Shown here piece by piece: positions 39,401 through 47,482 of a stretch of DNA of 64,000 nt. Under the pieces are notes generated by a model that worked only from the letters and a program-made list of their open reading frames with translations, did not search any database and was not told where the DNA came from. Source of the DNA: Ostrea edulis (lineage: Eukaryota); contig NC_079170.1 in assembly GCF_947568905.1 (NCBI RefSeq), positions 40,300,001-40,364,000 of the forward strand, given 5' to 3'. The position numbers and the translations under genes were made by a program. Position 1 is the stretch's first letter; each line of letters begins with the position of its first letter.

Positions 39401-40363
39401 CACAAAGCATTAGATCTAGGCTATCGTCTCGACCGCATTTACGAAGTTTGGCATTTTGAGAAAACCAGTGACCACTTATTTCGAGCGTATATCAACACCT
39501 TTTTGAAAATTAAACAAGAAGCTTCCGGATTCCCCGAGGATTGTCAAACAGCCCAACAGCAGCAACATTACATTGAGGAAATTCAGCAACGAGAAGGCAT
39601 TGCCATGAACCCGGGAGACATCCAGAAAAATCCTGTCCGAAGAACCATTGCCAAACTCTTTTTAAATTGCTTGTGGGGAAAATTTGCTCAACGATTACAA
39701 TTACCCAAATCCCTGTATCTCACGGAAGAAGAAGAATTACAACAGAAATTACAAGATGCCACTTTAGAAGTCAAAGGCATCGAACTCTTAGAAAATCGTG
39801 AACGCCCCGAATGTGATATGATGCTGATCAATTATCAGGAGAAAGAAGAATTTTTAGAAGACTGCCCCTTTGGAAACGTGGTGCTGGCGTGTTTTACAAC
39901 AGCTCATGCTCGTTTACATTTGTACGAGACGTTACAGCCTTTGGGAGAGCGTGTCTTATACTTTGACACGGATAGTATCATCTATCAGCACGACGAGACC
40001 CAGTTCGATCCGACCATTATCAACAGTTTAGGCGGGTGGACCGATGAATTGGGTGGAGATCGTATCATCAAGTACATGTCGGGCGGGCCCAAAAATTATG
40101 CATACGAGACCCAGGGGGGAAAATCTGTCTGCAAAGTCAAAGGATTGACACTCAATTATCGTGCCTCTAGAGTCGTGTCTCTCGATACGTTGGAAAAAAT
40201 GTTAAAAGGAGAAGAAGAAGAAGTCCATGTCCGCTATCCACACTTTATTCAACGAACCCGCCAACATGATGTGCGAACCATTCCTCTGGTGAAGAAATAC
40301 CGCATGGTGTATGATAAACGTCAACGTATTCATGACTATGACACGCTGCCTTACGGGTATTAA
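36401..40363 (+). CDS. polB: Protein-primed family B DNA polymerase (pPolB)
   Basis: Exonuclease motifs YDFEC, HNFKGYD and YCISD; polymerase motifs DVCSLYP, KLFLNCLWGK, YFDTDS and PKNY; internal VDGYD...EFYGCYWHGC nuclease-like insert. The ATG at 36401 follows a TATA at about 36355. Confidence 0.97.
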   Translation: MSDKLPTGLPRSYIEQRLRFLNDQLNRQRQRELQLRRENQRRLQYLQRGGGKKKLISDYYKIQLERGRQSRKFKVKENVYNVAFKPIPEKENTAFIRRLFRDMLKNVKQEMQCNPNDYLRLNIRHPSLDSAIWYEFTQSNQLNEDKILNKIESVQQSKKEFLITDGAVQMDFFHVKYPQGSGCTKKKHLHVDKEKFKNSKRAIVRIQNPEDSLCLSRAIVVARLHSQKSNDPAWETKWLRMRKGDFKTLDQKREAIALMEQAGCVMNQPCGPREWEQLQHALAPQYRLKIFQFKTNTTRLRLEPIYKGPGNGTCLNILLDNEHYDAIVSMPGVTENKYYCDYCDVGYSHIEEHRTVCPHRCSFCLADTPCIPDGTQTNCPHCKGFFRNAACYQTHLKPYSSNTTTTVCSLMGRCNQCQKWMSKHLLKRHACGGKTECRICHKVVTMPHHCFVQTKPKPKKEKEEEEELKIYIYYDFECSQENGIHIPNLCVAERVCQHCDSVDIDKPCSHCEGFGSQRRFLFQGPDTLKQFMEWLLQSETDEQGYVELKHDEVTIIAHNFKGYDGQFILNYLVHTACIKPTVILNGSKILSMQVLGLRFIDSYNFLPFALAKMPSAFGLTELKKGYFPHFFNTTENQQYVGPYPAAHFYNPDDMSTANRETFYTWYHQQEGKVFDFQKEFLAYCISDVDILRRCCAHFKSTLFDLVEVDPFQESITFASTANLAYRRGFMVENTIAIIPNMGYRPTRRYSAKACRWLAWLEHQHHCIRHARNGGEVTLGPYTVDGYDEESRIVYEFYGCYWHGCPTCFPNLLTDMHPHRVQHTYQDLYLDTLKRASALEDQDYTVVSIWEHEFDRQTQTNPDLQEFLQGVDIQDPLNPRDALYGGRTNATRLYCEEGDMRYVDVCSLYPYVLKYKPFPVQHPQVITSHFTDVRDYFGLIRCRVLPPRELYHPVLPYKTGGKLLFPLCRTCAEQRNLGPDERCQHTDSERSLTGTWVTTELHKALDLGYRLDRIYEVWHFEKTSDHLFRAYINTFLKIKQEASGFPEDCQTAQQQQHYIEEIQQREGIAMNPGDIQKNPVRRTIAKLFLNCLWGKFAQRLQLPKSLYLTEEEELQQKLQDATLEVKGIELLENRERPECDMMLINYQEKEEFLEDCPFGNVVLACFTTAHARLHLYETLQPLGERVLYFDTDSIIYQHDETQFDPTIINSLGGWTDELGGDRIIKYMSGGPKNYAYETQGGKSVCKVKGLTLNYRASRVVSLDTLEKMLKGEEEEVHVRYPHFIQRTRQHDVRTIPLVKKYRMVYDKRQRIHDYDTLPYGY

Positions 40364-40399
40364 AAAGGACATGCTAGAGAAAACCATCAGTCGGCAAAA

Positions 40400-40930
40400 A
40401 TGACGGACTACGAATCACTACATAACCCGGGTACACCACGTTATGCTCTACTGTCAGATCGAGTAGCGTCGTTTGAAAATGCTCCCGAACACTTGCAGAA
40501 GCTATTACCTACCATTGCAGAAGCGGGATACTTTTACAAAGGGTACGGGGATAACACGTGCTGTTTTTATTGCAACTTTGGACTTCAACATTGGGGAGCT
40601 GTCGACAATCCTTGGATACAACATGCTTATTGGTATCCTCACTGTCCTTACCTGAAGTGTAATAAGGGCAAACAATGGGTACGCCAAATGTTCGACGCCG
40701 TTAGCCGAATGCGAGACACGGGGAAGGATTGGGGAGACTTGTCTGTAGACAGTGTGGAGAATCCGGCTACGACGACGGAGAAATGTCATCTGTGTTTAGA
40801 AAGAGACTTGAGAATAGCTTTTTTACCTTGTGGTCATTTATGTACTTGTGCTATATGTGCTACGGGACTGAAACAATGTCCTATTTGTAGACATAGTGTT
40901 GAGCAAGCTGTACGTATTTTTACTTGTTAA
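40400..40930 (+). CDS. iap: Inhibitor of apoptosis protein (single BIR + C-terminal RING), intronless
   Basis: BIR CFYC-x16-H-x6-C preceded by R..SF and AEAGY; RING CHLC...LPCGHLCTCAIC...CPICR; AATAAA overlaps the stop. Confidence 0.93.
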   Translation: MTDYESLHNPGTPRYALLSDRVASFENAPEHLQKLLPTIAEAGYFYKGYGDNTCCFYCNFGLQHWGAVDNPWIQHAYWYPHCPYLKCNKGKQWVRQMFDAVSRMRDTGKDWGDLSVDSVENPATTTEKCHLCLERDLRIAFLPCGHLCTCAICATGLKQCPICRHSVEQAVRIFTC

Positions 40931-40970
40931 TAAATATGTATGATCCCATGAACTTGTGTCATTTATCAAG

Positions 40971-41609
40971 ATGTATACCTACGAGACACTTGAGCCTTTT
41001 CAGTTGAAACATGAATTTACCATGGTGGTGGCTGGACCCTCTAAATCGGGTAAAACGGAATTTGTCAAACAGCTGGTACAAAATACGCAGTGGATTGCAC
41101 CGCCTCCCGAAAAGATAGTATAGTGTTATCGCGAATGGCAGTCCGCGTACGAATCCTTACAGGACAAGGTCACTTTTATCCGCAATATACCTCAAGACGA
41201 TGAGCAGATAGTGGCGGATCTCAGTACGCGTCATCTACTCATTTTTGATGATATGATGGGAGGTAAAGCCATCGAATCGATTGTCGACTGGTTTACGCGC
41301 AAAGCGCATCATCGAAATACCAGTGTCATTTATATCACACAAAATCTGTTTGATCGAGCAGTACAACATCGTACCATCAGTCTGAATGCTCACTATCTTG
41401 TGCTGTTTAAAAATCCTCGAGATAAATCTCAGATTGGGGTGTTAAGTCGGCAATTACAAATGCCGCATTTACTTCCAGCCTATGAGGACGCCACCCGTGT
41501 ACCTCACGGGTATTTACTAGTGGACTTGAGTCCTCAGACGTCGGACGATTTAAGATTAAGAAGTCAACTCTTTACCAACTTGGCTGTGCACATGCCCCCG
41601 AGAGTATAA
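40971..41609 (+). pseudogene. A32/FtsK-like genome-packaging ATPase with an in-frame TAG at 41121-41123
   Basis: Manual translation from ATG 40971 gives Walker A GPSKSGKT, then KIV*CYREWQ, Walker B LLIFDD, ITQNLF and LFKNPRD. The ORF track shows only the part after the stop. Confidence 0.92.
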
Positions 41610-41658
41610 ATAATGTCACATCATGGGCAGGTGTATCATTCGAAAGACAGTCTTCACC

Positions 41659-42531
41659 ATGGGTAGACCTTCCGCGAAGAGTAAATTAGTCAAAACGTTA
41701 CGCCGTTTACAACGGGAACGGGATCCCGTTCAACGGAGCCATCTCATTGAATTAGGACGTAGAGCCTTACTCAACTGGTTTGCGATGGGCGCTCGAAATT
41801 TATTGCGAGGCGTCTTACCAGGCAATAAAATCACTCAGCGGTTCATTCAATCCCATCGCCAAGACTTGAGTGTCATTGCCGATAAGAAGTCCAATGAAGA
41901 AGAGCGTAAAAAAGCCATTTTGAAACGAGGAGGCGCCGGATTCTTAGGAGGGACCATTATCCGTCATTTATTCAAATGGGAAACAGGCCGTAAGCCCCGT
42001 GGGGGACAACCCAAGAAAACCAAGAAACCACGGGCTAAGAAAGCTAAAAAATCACCTCAGAGAATTCCTAAACTCATTATTCGCTTACCTAAGAAGACAC
42101 CTAAGAAGTCCCCTGAGAAATCCCCTAAGAAGACACCTCTCAGGATGAAGAATCCGTTTCCCAATTGGGCTCCAAAGAAAACCCCTCTCATTGTGAAGAT
42201 GCCGTTTCCCAAGGCCACACCCCCCAAGGCCACTAGAACGTTAGCCAATCTGAAAGCCGGATTAGCTCAAAAGAAAATGGAACGATCCATGCATGGGCCT
42301 ATAGGAAGTTCCAGAACCAGTGATACTGCTCTACCGAGTTTTGCTCATACCTTTGGAAGCATGAAATTTCAACCCTTAACCACCTCAACACCGGTTCAGG
42401 TGCAAAAGAAATATAAATGTAAATTTTGCCCTCTGGTCTTCAATGCGAGAGAGAACCGCAATCGTCACGAAGAGACCGTCCATCACAAGCGTTTTGATCC
42501 TAAACATCCGAGTGCCGTTGTCCTGGACTAG
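41659..42531 (+). CDS. Basic Polinton protein: N-terminal domain paralogous to the next ORF, [S/T]PKK-rich region, C-terminal C2H2 zinc finger
   Basis: NLLRGVLP matches NLLKGVIP of the next ORF; KKTPKKSPEKSPKKTP; CKFC-x12-H-x4-H; TATAAA at 41605 and caccATGg context at 41659. Confidence 0.75.
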   Translation: MGRPSAKSKLVKTLRRLQRERDPVQRSHLIELGRRALLNWFAMGARNLLRGVLPGNKITQRFIQSHRQDLSVIADKKSNEEERKKAILKRGGAGFLGGTIIRHLFKWETGRKPRGGQPKKTKKPRAKKAKKSPQRIPKLIIRLPKKTPKKSPEKSPKKTPLRMKNPFPNWAPKKTPLIVKMPFPKATPPKATRTLANLKAGLAQKKMERSMHGPIGSSRTSDTALPSFAHTFGSMKFQPLTTSTPVQVQKKYKCKFCPLVFNARENRNRHEETVHHKRFDPKHPSAVVLD

Positions 42532-42571
42532 GTATAAAAAGGAGGGGGAAGGTGCCCCACCCTTCATTACC

Positions 42572-42901
42572 ATGGCTCATACGAAGAAGTGTGAATGTCG
42601 ATTACGACCTCATTTACCGCTCTTGCAGACGTTAGCGGCTCCTCACTATTCCAGCAAATTAAAGACAGAGGTGTTGAAACATTGTTCCAATGACTGCATT
42701 TTAAAGATTTGTGAGATTGTGTACAATCTATTAAAAGGGGTGATTCCTCTCACCCCTACTCAGAAGCGACAACTGGGTCGAAAGAAACACATCTTAAGAC
42801 GCTTAGTCCGGACTCAACCCGTGAAAAAACGACGAGGTATACTCATCCACCAAAAAGGATTGGGTTCGTTTGTGTGTGGCAAGATTTGTAAGAAATCATG
42901 A
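42572..42901 (+). CDS. Conserved small basic Polinton protein (putative virion core)
   Basis: TATAAA at 42533, ATG at 42572; ICEIVYNLLKGVIPL...QKGLG resembles a recurring Polinton protein family (recognition from memory). Confidence 0.7.
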   Translation: MAHTKKCECRLRPHLPLLQTLAAPHYSSKLKTEVLKHCSNDCILKICEIVYNLLKGVIPLTPTQKRQLGRKKHILRRLVRTQPVKKRRGILIHQKGLGSFVCGKICKKS

Positions 42902-43665
42902 GTCGAAAAATGGTGTTGGTACCGGAAGCGATGCTCAACGAATTAAAAGGCAAATTACCTAAACCTCCCGAATTTACCTCGACTATTGGTTTACGCAGTG
43001 ATTTGGACGAGATTGAACATCGAGATGATTTAACCGAGAAAGAAAAAGTGGGGTTGTACGGGCATCAACTTCATCGCTATCGTCAATATTTACAACAAGC
43101 TCGACATCCCACCCCAGCGACTCTACCCTCCCCAACCACTGCAGCCAGTGCTGCCTCACCACCCTCAGCCGCCTCAGCATCCGATGACTTGGAGGAACAG
43201 ATTATCAAAAGCGTCAATAAACCGGGTCGAAAGAAAGCAGGTTTATTACTCGATCATCTCAAGAAATCCAAAGTGGTGACTTGGAATAAAGAAGGAGAAA
43301 TCAGCTATAGAGGACGCAGGGTTCCCGATTCCAATATTGTGGATTTAATGACCGAAGCCCAGCGACAAAGACCCTTAAGACATCGTGATCCCCCCGCGGG
43401 ATTAGAGGAATTTGCTCAAGCGTTAAAAGAGACTCATGCTCCCAAAGGATATGTGAACAATCGGGATGTTATAAAAGCCATGGACAAACCAGGGAAAATC
43501 AGTACGCCTAGACCTCTAGAGGAAGAGGAGAGCGGATTTCAAGAAATCTCTGGTTTTGACCAATCTTTCTATGAAACTCCCAGACGAATGATGACCCCTA
43601 AAAATATCTGGGAGGCCAGTAAAAAGACATCACGTGAAATTGGAAAATGGTTAAATCTACCATGA
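42898..43665 (+). CDS. Conserved uncharacterised Polinton protein (255 aa)
   Basis: Long ORF in the core block (KMVLVP, VTWNKEGEI, SNIVDL) with ATGA overlaps at both ends. Confidence 0.75.
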   Translation: MSRKMVLVPEAMLNELKGKLPKPPEFTSTIGLRSDLDEIEHRDDLTEKEKVGLYGHQLHRYRQYLQQARHPTPATLPSPTTAASAASPPSAASASDDLEEQIIKSVNKPGRKKAGLLLDHLKKSKVVTWNKEGEISYRGRRVPDSNIVDLMTEAQRQRPLRHRDPPAGLEEFAQALKETHAPKGYVNNRDVIKAMDKPGKISTPRPLEEEESGFQEISGFDQSFYETPRRMMTPKNIWEASKKTSREIGKWLNLP

Positions 43666-44732
43666 AAGCAGAACAGATCTTACAGCGACTGTATTACGAT
43701 CCCAAGACAGGGTATGGGGGAGTCCAGGCGTTGTATCGTCAAGTGCGTCAATTAGGACACAAGATTACCCTGTCTCAAATTCGAGAATGGGTGAAAGCTC
43801 AAGATACCTATACCTTGCATAAACCGATACGGAGGAAATTCAAGCGACGACAAACACGAGTGACGGATATGGATGAACAATGGCAATTAGATTTAGCCGA
43901 TGTCTCCAGCTTGAAACAAGACAATAATGGGTATACGTTTTTATTATGTGCCATTGACGTGCTGTCTAAATATGCCTGGGTCGTGCCTTTAAAACAGAAA
44001 ACGGGGAAAGAAATGATACGAGGCTTACGACGGATTTTTCGAGAGGGACGTCGCCCCGTGCGCATTCAGTCCGATCAAGGAAAAGAATTTACCAATAAAG
44101 AATTTCGTCAAGCCTTCAAATCCATTCATTTCTTTACGACCCGTAATGCCGAAACCAAAGCCAGTATTGTGGAACGTTTTCAACGCACGCTGAAAGCACG
44201 CATGTGGCGGTATTTTACACGTCATAAAACACGACGGTATGTCGATGTCTTGGGGGATCTGGTGTATGGTTACAATCATACCTATCATCGCAGTATCCGG
44301 CGAGCTCCTGCTCAAGTCAATGCCAAGAATGTCTTGACCGTATGGAAAACCTTGTATGGAAAACAGAGTGCCGATACCACGAGTCGCTTGCAAGTGGGGG
44401 ATCGTGTACGCATTAGTAAAGCCAAACGTACGTTTGAAAAAGGATATTTACCGAATTGGACCAAAGAACTGTTTACCATCTCTAGAAAAGTGCCAGGACG
44501 AAACGTCTATCGCATTCAAGATGATCACGGGGAAGAATTAGAAGGAACGTTTTACGAGAAGGAATTACAACAAGTGATTAAAGACGATGATGTCTACGAA
44601 GTGGAGGAAATCTTAGGGTATAAAAAGCGGCGTGTGGGAAAAAAAGTCATTTCAGAAGTCAAAGTGCGTTGGAAAGGATATCCTCCCAGTTTTGATTCAT
44701 GGATTCCGCAAGCGGATCTCATTCGGCCATGA
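43662..44732 (+). CDS. int: Retroviral-like DDE integrase with C-terminal chromodomain
   Basis: Catalytic D (WQLDLAD), D (QSDQGKEF) and E (VERFQRTLK); chromodomain YEVEEIL...VRWKGYPPSFDSWIP. Confidence 0.95.
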   Translation: MKAEQILQRLYYDPKTGYGGVQALYRQVRQLGHKITLSQIREWVKAQDTYTLHKPIRRKFKRRQTRVTDMDEQWQLDLADVSSLKQDNNGYTFLLCAIDVLSKYAWVVPLKQKTGKEMIRGLRRIFREGRRPVRIQSDQGKEFTNKEFRQAFKSIHFFTTRNAETKASIVERFQRTLKARMWRYFTRHKTRRYVDVLGDLVYGYNHTYHRSIRRAPAQVNAKNVLTVWKTLYGKQSADTTSRLQVGDRVRISKAKRTFEKGYLPNWTKELFTISRKVPGRNVYRIQDDHGEELEGTFYEKELQQVIKDDDVYEVEEILGYKKRRVGKKVISEVKVRWKGYPPSFDSWIPQADLIRP

Positions 44733-44986
44733 CCGCCCAGTGGACTTTCTTGGGTGAAAAAGTCCCTCGAGCAGAAATTGTGTATTTTGCACAATTATTC
44801 CTGTGTTTAACCATCATTATCACCTCCGTCGTCATGTTAGCCTTAGGCGATCCCAATCGCGATTTTTGGATGGTGACCTTAAGTTCTCTCGTAGGCTACG
44901 TCATGCCTAGTCCACAAATGACGTTAGCGAGCCCGAATATAAAACAGGATCGACCTTCTTCAGATTCACCAGTTCACCATGGCTAA
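44729..44986 (+). CDS. Small two-helix membrane protein
   Basis: Hydrophobic segments IVYFAQLFLCLTIIITSVVMLALG and FWMVTLSSLVGYVMP; ATG overlaps the integrase stop. Confidence 0.7.
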   Translation: MTAQWTFLGEKVPRAEIVYFAQLFLCLTIIITSVVMLALGDPNRDFWMVTLSSLVGYVMPSPQMTLASPNIKQDRPSSDSPVHHG

Positions 44987-45428
44987 CACACAGTACGCCT
45001 GGGAACAAGAGGGAAAGAAAACGGCATGGTTTGCGGATAAGCAGATGTGTTTGATGCATTGTAAACAACACAAAGTGTTAGATCAACCGGTGTACTTGTA
45101 CAAACGTATACTGATACCTCACGGATGGTCAGCCTTTATCATGAAGACTAAATATCAAGAGTTTCGCTGGAAAGTCAAAGCCTTCTGGGGATTGATGGGA
45201 CGACAAGACGAATCCGATTGGACCTTAAATGAGAGTCCTTGGTTTGACCATTCCGAGGACTGTCTCAGACATTTCAAAGACATGATCAATGAAGGTTATG
45301 ATGTAGCCGATTGCTGGGGAACCCGACACTATCTGGTGATGCGACGACGCTTAGTCCCGAGACGAACCCTGACGTTACCAGACTCGGATGCGTTGATGTG
45401 GGGTGGTGGCCGCGATCAAGAAGAATGA
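44979..45428 (+). CDS. Hypothetical Trp-rich protein (149 aa)
   Basis: ORF overlapping the previous stop, followed by AATAAA at 45462. Confidence 0.6.
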   Translation: MANTQYAWEQEGKKTAWFADKQMCLMHCKQHKVLDQPVYLYKRILIPHGWSAFIMKTKYQEFRWKVKAFWGLMGRQDESDWTLNESPWFDHSEDCLRHFKDMINEGYDVADCWGTRHYLVMRRRLVPRRTLTLPDSDALMWGGGRDQEE

Positions 45429-45540
45429 ATTGAATGTATTGTCATGTTGTATGTTGTTTCAAATAAAAATTGTGAAAAAACAAAACGGTGTTGTGTATAA
45501 ATAGAGAAGGAAACAGAGACAGGGTCTCATTTAAGACATC

Positions 45541-46536
45541 ATGGCTGGAGGAGAAGGGTTTTACATGACTCTGTTGAGTGATGGGTCGATGGAATCGTTT
45601 CCGACAAATACGACGGCTCAATTTAAAACGTTATTGCCACACACCATGGACTTAACGGATGGAGCATGGGAAGTCGGATTGACCGAAATGATGTACTCGG
45701 CCAACTTACAAAACGTATCGGATAGCGAGGCTTATGTGGACGTTCTCATTCCAGATCCGTATACGCAACATGTCCAAGATCCCAACACTTATAAATGGGA
45801 AAGATTTAAGACAGAGAATATGGGCAAAGTCACGATGGCCAGGTGTGAGGTGGTGGTCCCCTGGGCTCTGACGCCATGGTCCCATCTCTTTGCGGGAGGG
45901 GATAGTTTATTTCCCTTCGATATCATTCGCATTCACTTCCGACCCGGAACTTATACACAACCTTTGGCGTTAATCAATGAAATCAACGCAGCCTTAAGGA
46001 GAACCCTGTGGAAAGTATGGAGCGAGTTAGGGAATCCTAACGACGAGGGGAACAACCAGATCTTAGTGTATCACCCCGAGTACGATCGTGTCGAGTATCA
46101 GTTTAATGGGAAAGCACTGAGAACCACCCCCATGTGCATTCGTTTCCCTACGCCCTTAGCGTACAAGCTAGGTCTGGATAGTGACAAAATGATCCTGGGC
46201 GATGAAACCATGACGAAATGGATCAACGTGAATTACTTGGGGAACACGACCATGGATGTCTACGACAATCTGAAAGCCATGTATGTGTATTGTGACATTG
46301 TGGATCCTCAAGTGGTGGGCACCAACAAATTGAAATTATTGAGAGTCGTCCCCTGTACGGGTCAATACGACGATCGACAACAAGCCCGTTGGGAACCGAT
46401 TCGAGCCGAATATTTGAAACTGAGTAAGAAATATTTCGATACCATTGAGGTACACATCATGAATTCTTTAGGGCGTCCTATGGGGTTTTTAAATGGGCGC
46501 TCCTTAGTCAAACTTCATTTCCGCAAAGTGTATTGA
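45541..46536 (+). CDS. Minor capsid (penton, single jelly-roll) protein
   Basis: FYMTLLSD...WEVGLTE at the N-terminus, YVYCDIVDPQVVG and LVKLHFRK at the C-terminus are typical of Polinton pentons; TATAAA at 45496. Confidence 0.85.
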   Translation: MAGGEGFYMTLLSDGSMESFPTNTTAQFKTLLPHTMDLTDGAWEVGLTEMMYSANLQNVSDSEAYVDVLIPDPYTQHVQDPNTYKWERFKTENMGKVTMARCEVVVPWALTPWSHLFAGGDSLFPFDIIRIHFRPGTYTQPLALINEINAALRRTLWKVWSELGNPNDEGNNQILVYHPEYDRVEYQFNGKALRTTPMCIRFPTPLAYKLGLDSDKMILGDETMTKWINVNYLGNTTMDVYDNLKAMYVYCDIVDPQVVGTNKLKLLRVVPCTGQYDDRQQARWEPIRAEYLKLSKKYFDTIEVHIMNSLGRPMGFLNGRSLVKLHFRKVY

Positions 46537-46539
46537 AAG

Positions 46540-46683
46540 ATGAAGTACCATCGAGGAGTCAGACGCCAGAAAGGACACGGAATCTGGTTTCTCATTCCAT
46601 GGATTGCCAATGCCATTGTGAGTCAAGCGGGCCAAGGAAAGAAGAGAAAGAGACGGCGTAAAAAGTATAAAAAGCGGGTGTAA
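46540..46683 (+). CDS. 47-aa basic micro-protein resembling adenovirus pX/Mu precursor (not in ORF track)
   Basis: Manual translation: MKYHRGVRRQKGHGIWFLIPWIANAIVSQAGQGKKRKRRRKKYKKRV*. Confidence 0.65.
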   Translation: MKYHRGVRRQKGHGIWFLIPWIANAIVSQAGQGKKRKRRRKKYKKRV

Positions 46684-46710
46684 CCCCTAACGAAGTTCAT
46701 TTACATCAAG

Positions 46711-47403
46711 ATGCACTACCATAAAGGTTTAATACGGCAGCAGGGTCACGGGCTTGGAGCCCTGCTGGGAATAGCCAGCAAAGTGGCGGGTCCCCTGATC
46801 AGTGGATTATTAGGTGGAGCCCCCGCACAACAGCAACAACAACAACAGCGTCCTGTCTATCAAGAGAGATATTATGATTACGACCGCCCTTATCGCTCTT
46901 ATCAGAGGAGACGACGTAGAAGCCATCCAACAGAAGAATATGATCCAGAATCTGAAAAGCAGAAGGGAAAAGGATTTTTCACCGATTTACTCAAATCGGG
47001 GGCTAAAAGTGCCTTAAAGGCTGCTGCTAAAACAGGGATGGATGTGTTAGATAATAAACGATCACTCAAAGACGCTCTCAAGACACACGGTGCCCAAGCC
47101 CTGAAAGAGACAGCAGGGTATGCCCGTAGGCGAAGATCTCGAAAAGCCCCATCCAAACGAGGAAGAAAAGCACGCACAGGAATACTCAGGAAGCCTGGAA
47201 CCACGACCCTCAAAAGAAAACAGGTGGGAAAACAGGTGGGAATACAGGAAGGAAAAGGATTTGTTAAAAGAAAACAACGTATCTTAGCTCGGGGAGGGCC
47301 TCATAAGAGACCTAGGAAGCAACCTAGGAAGCGATCTAGGAAGGGAGGTAGGAAGCTAGTGAAAAGGGGTAAGCCAAAACGCTCTCTGGATATTTTCGAC
47401 TGA
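46711..47403 (+). CDS. Arg/Lys-rich putative virion core protein
   Basis: QQGHGLGALLG amphipathic start, highly basic C-half ending DIFD, located just upstream of MCP; TATAAA at 46666. Confidence 0.75.
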   Translation: MHYHKGLIRQQGHGLGALLGIASKVAGPLISGLLGGAPAQQQQQQQRPVYQERYYDYDRPYRSYQRRRRRSHPTEEYDPESEKQKGKGFFTDLLKSGAKSALKAAAKTGMDVLDNKRSLKDALKTHGAQALKETAGYARRRRSRKAPSKRGRKARTGILRKPGTTTLKRKQVGKQVGIQEGKGFVKRKQRILARGGPHKRPRKQPRKRSRKGGRKLVKRGKPKRSLDIFD

Positions 47404-47482
47404 GAACCCTATAAAAAGGGAGTGAGAAGGAGACCAGAACACATTTGATCCCAGTTCACGCTGAGTAACACATCGTTCCAAT

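Noticed and set aside
41121-41129. Programmed readthrough of the ATPase TAG
   Set aside because: The context TAG-TGT-TAT is not a known leaky context, and the position fits a Trp codon mutated by a single G>A.
42860-42901. Possible TG slippage frameshift at the end of the 42572 ORF (gtgtgtgg)
   Set aside because: It cannot be tested without homologs, and the present frame yields a tidy ATGA overlap with the next gene.
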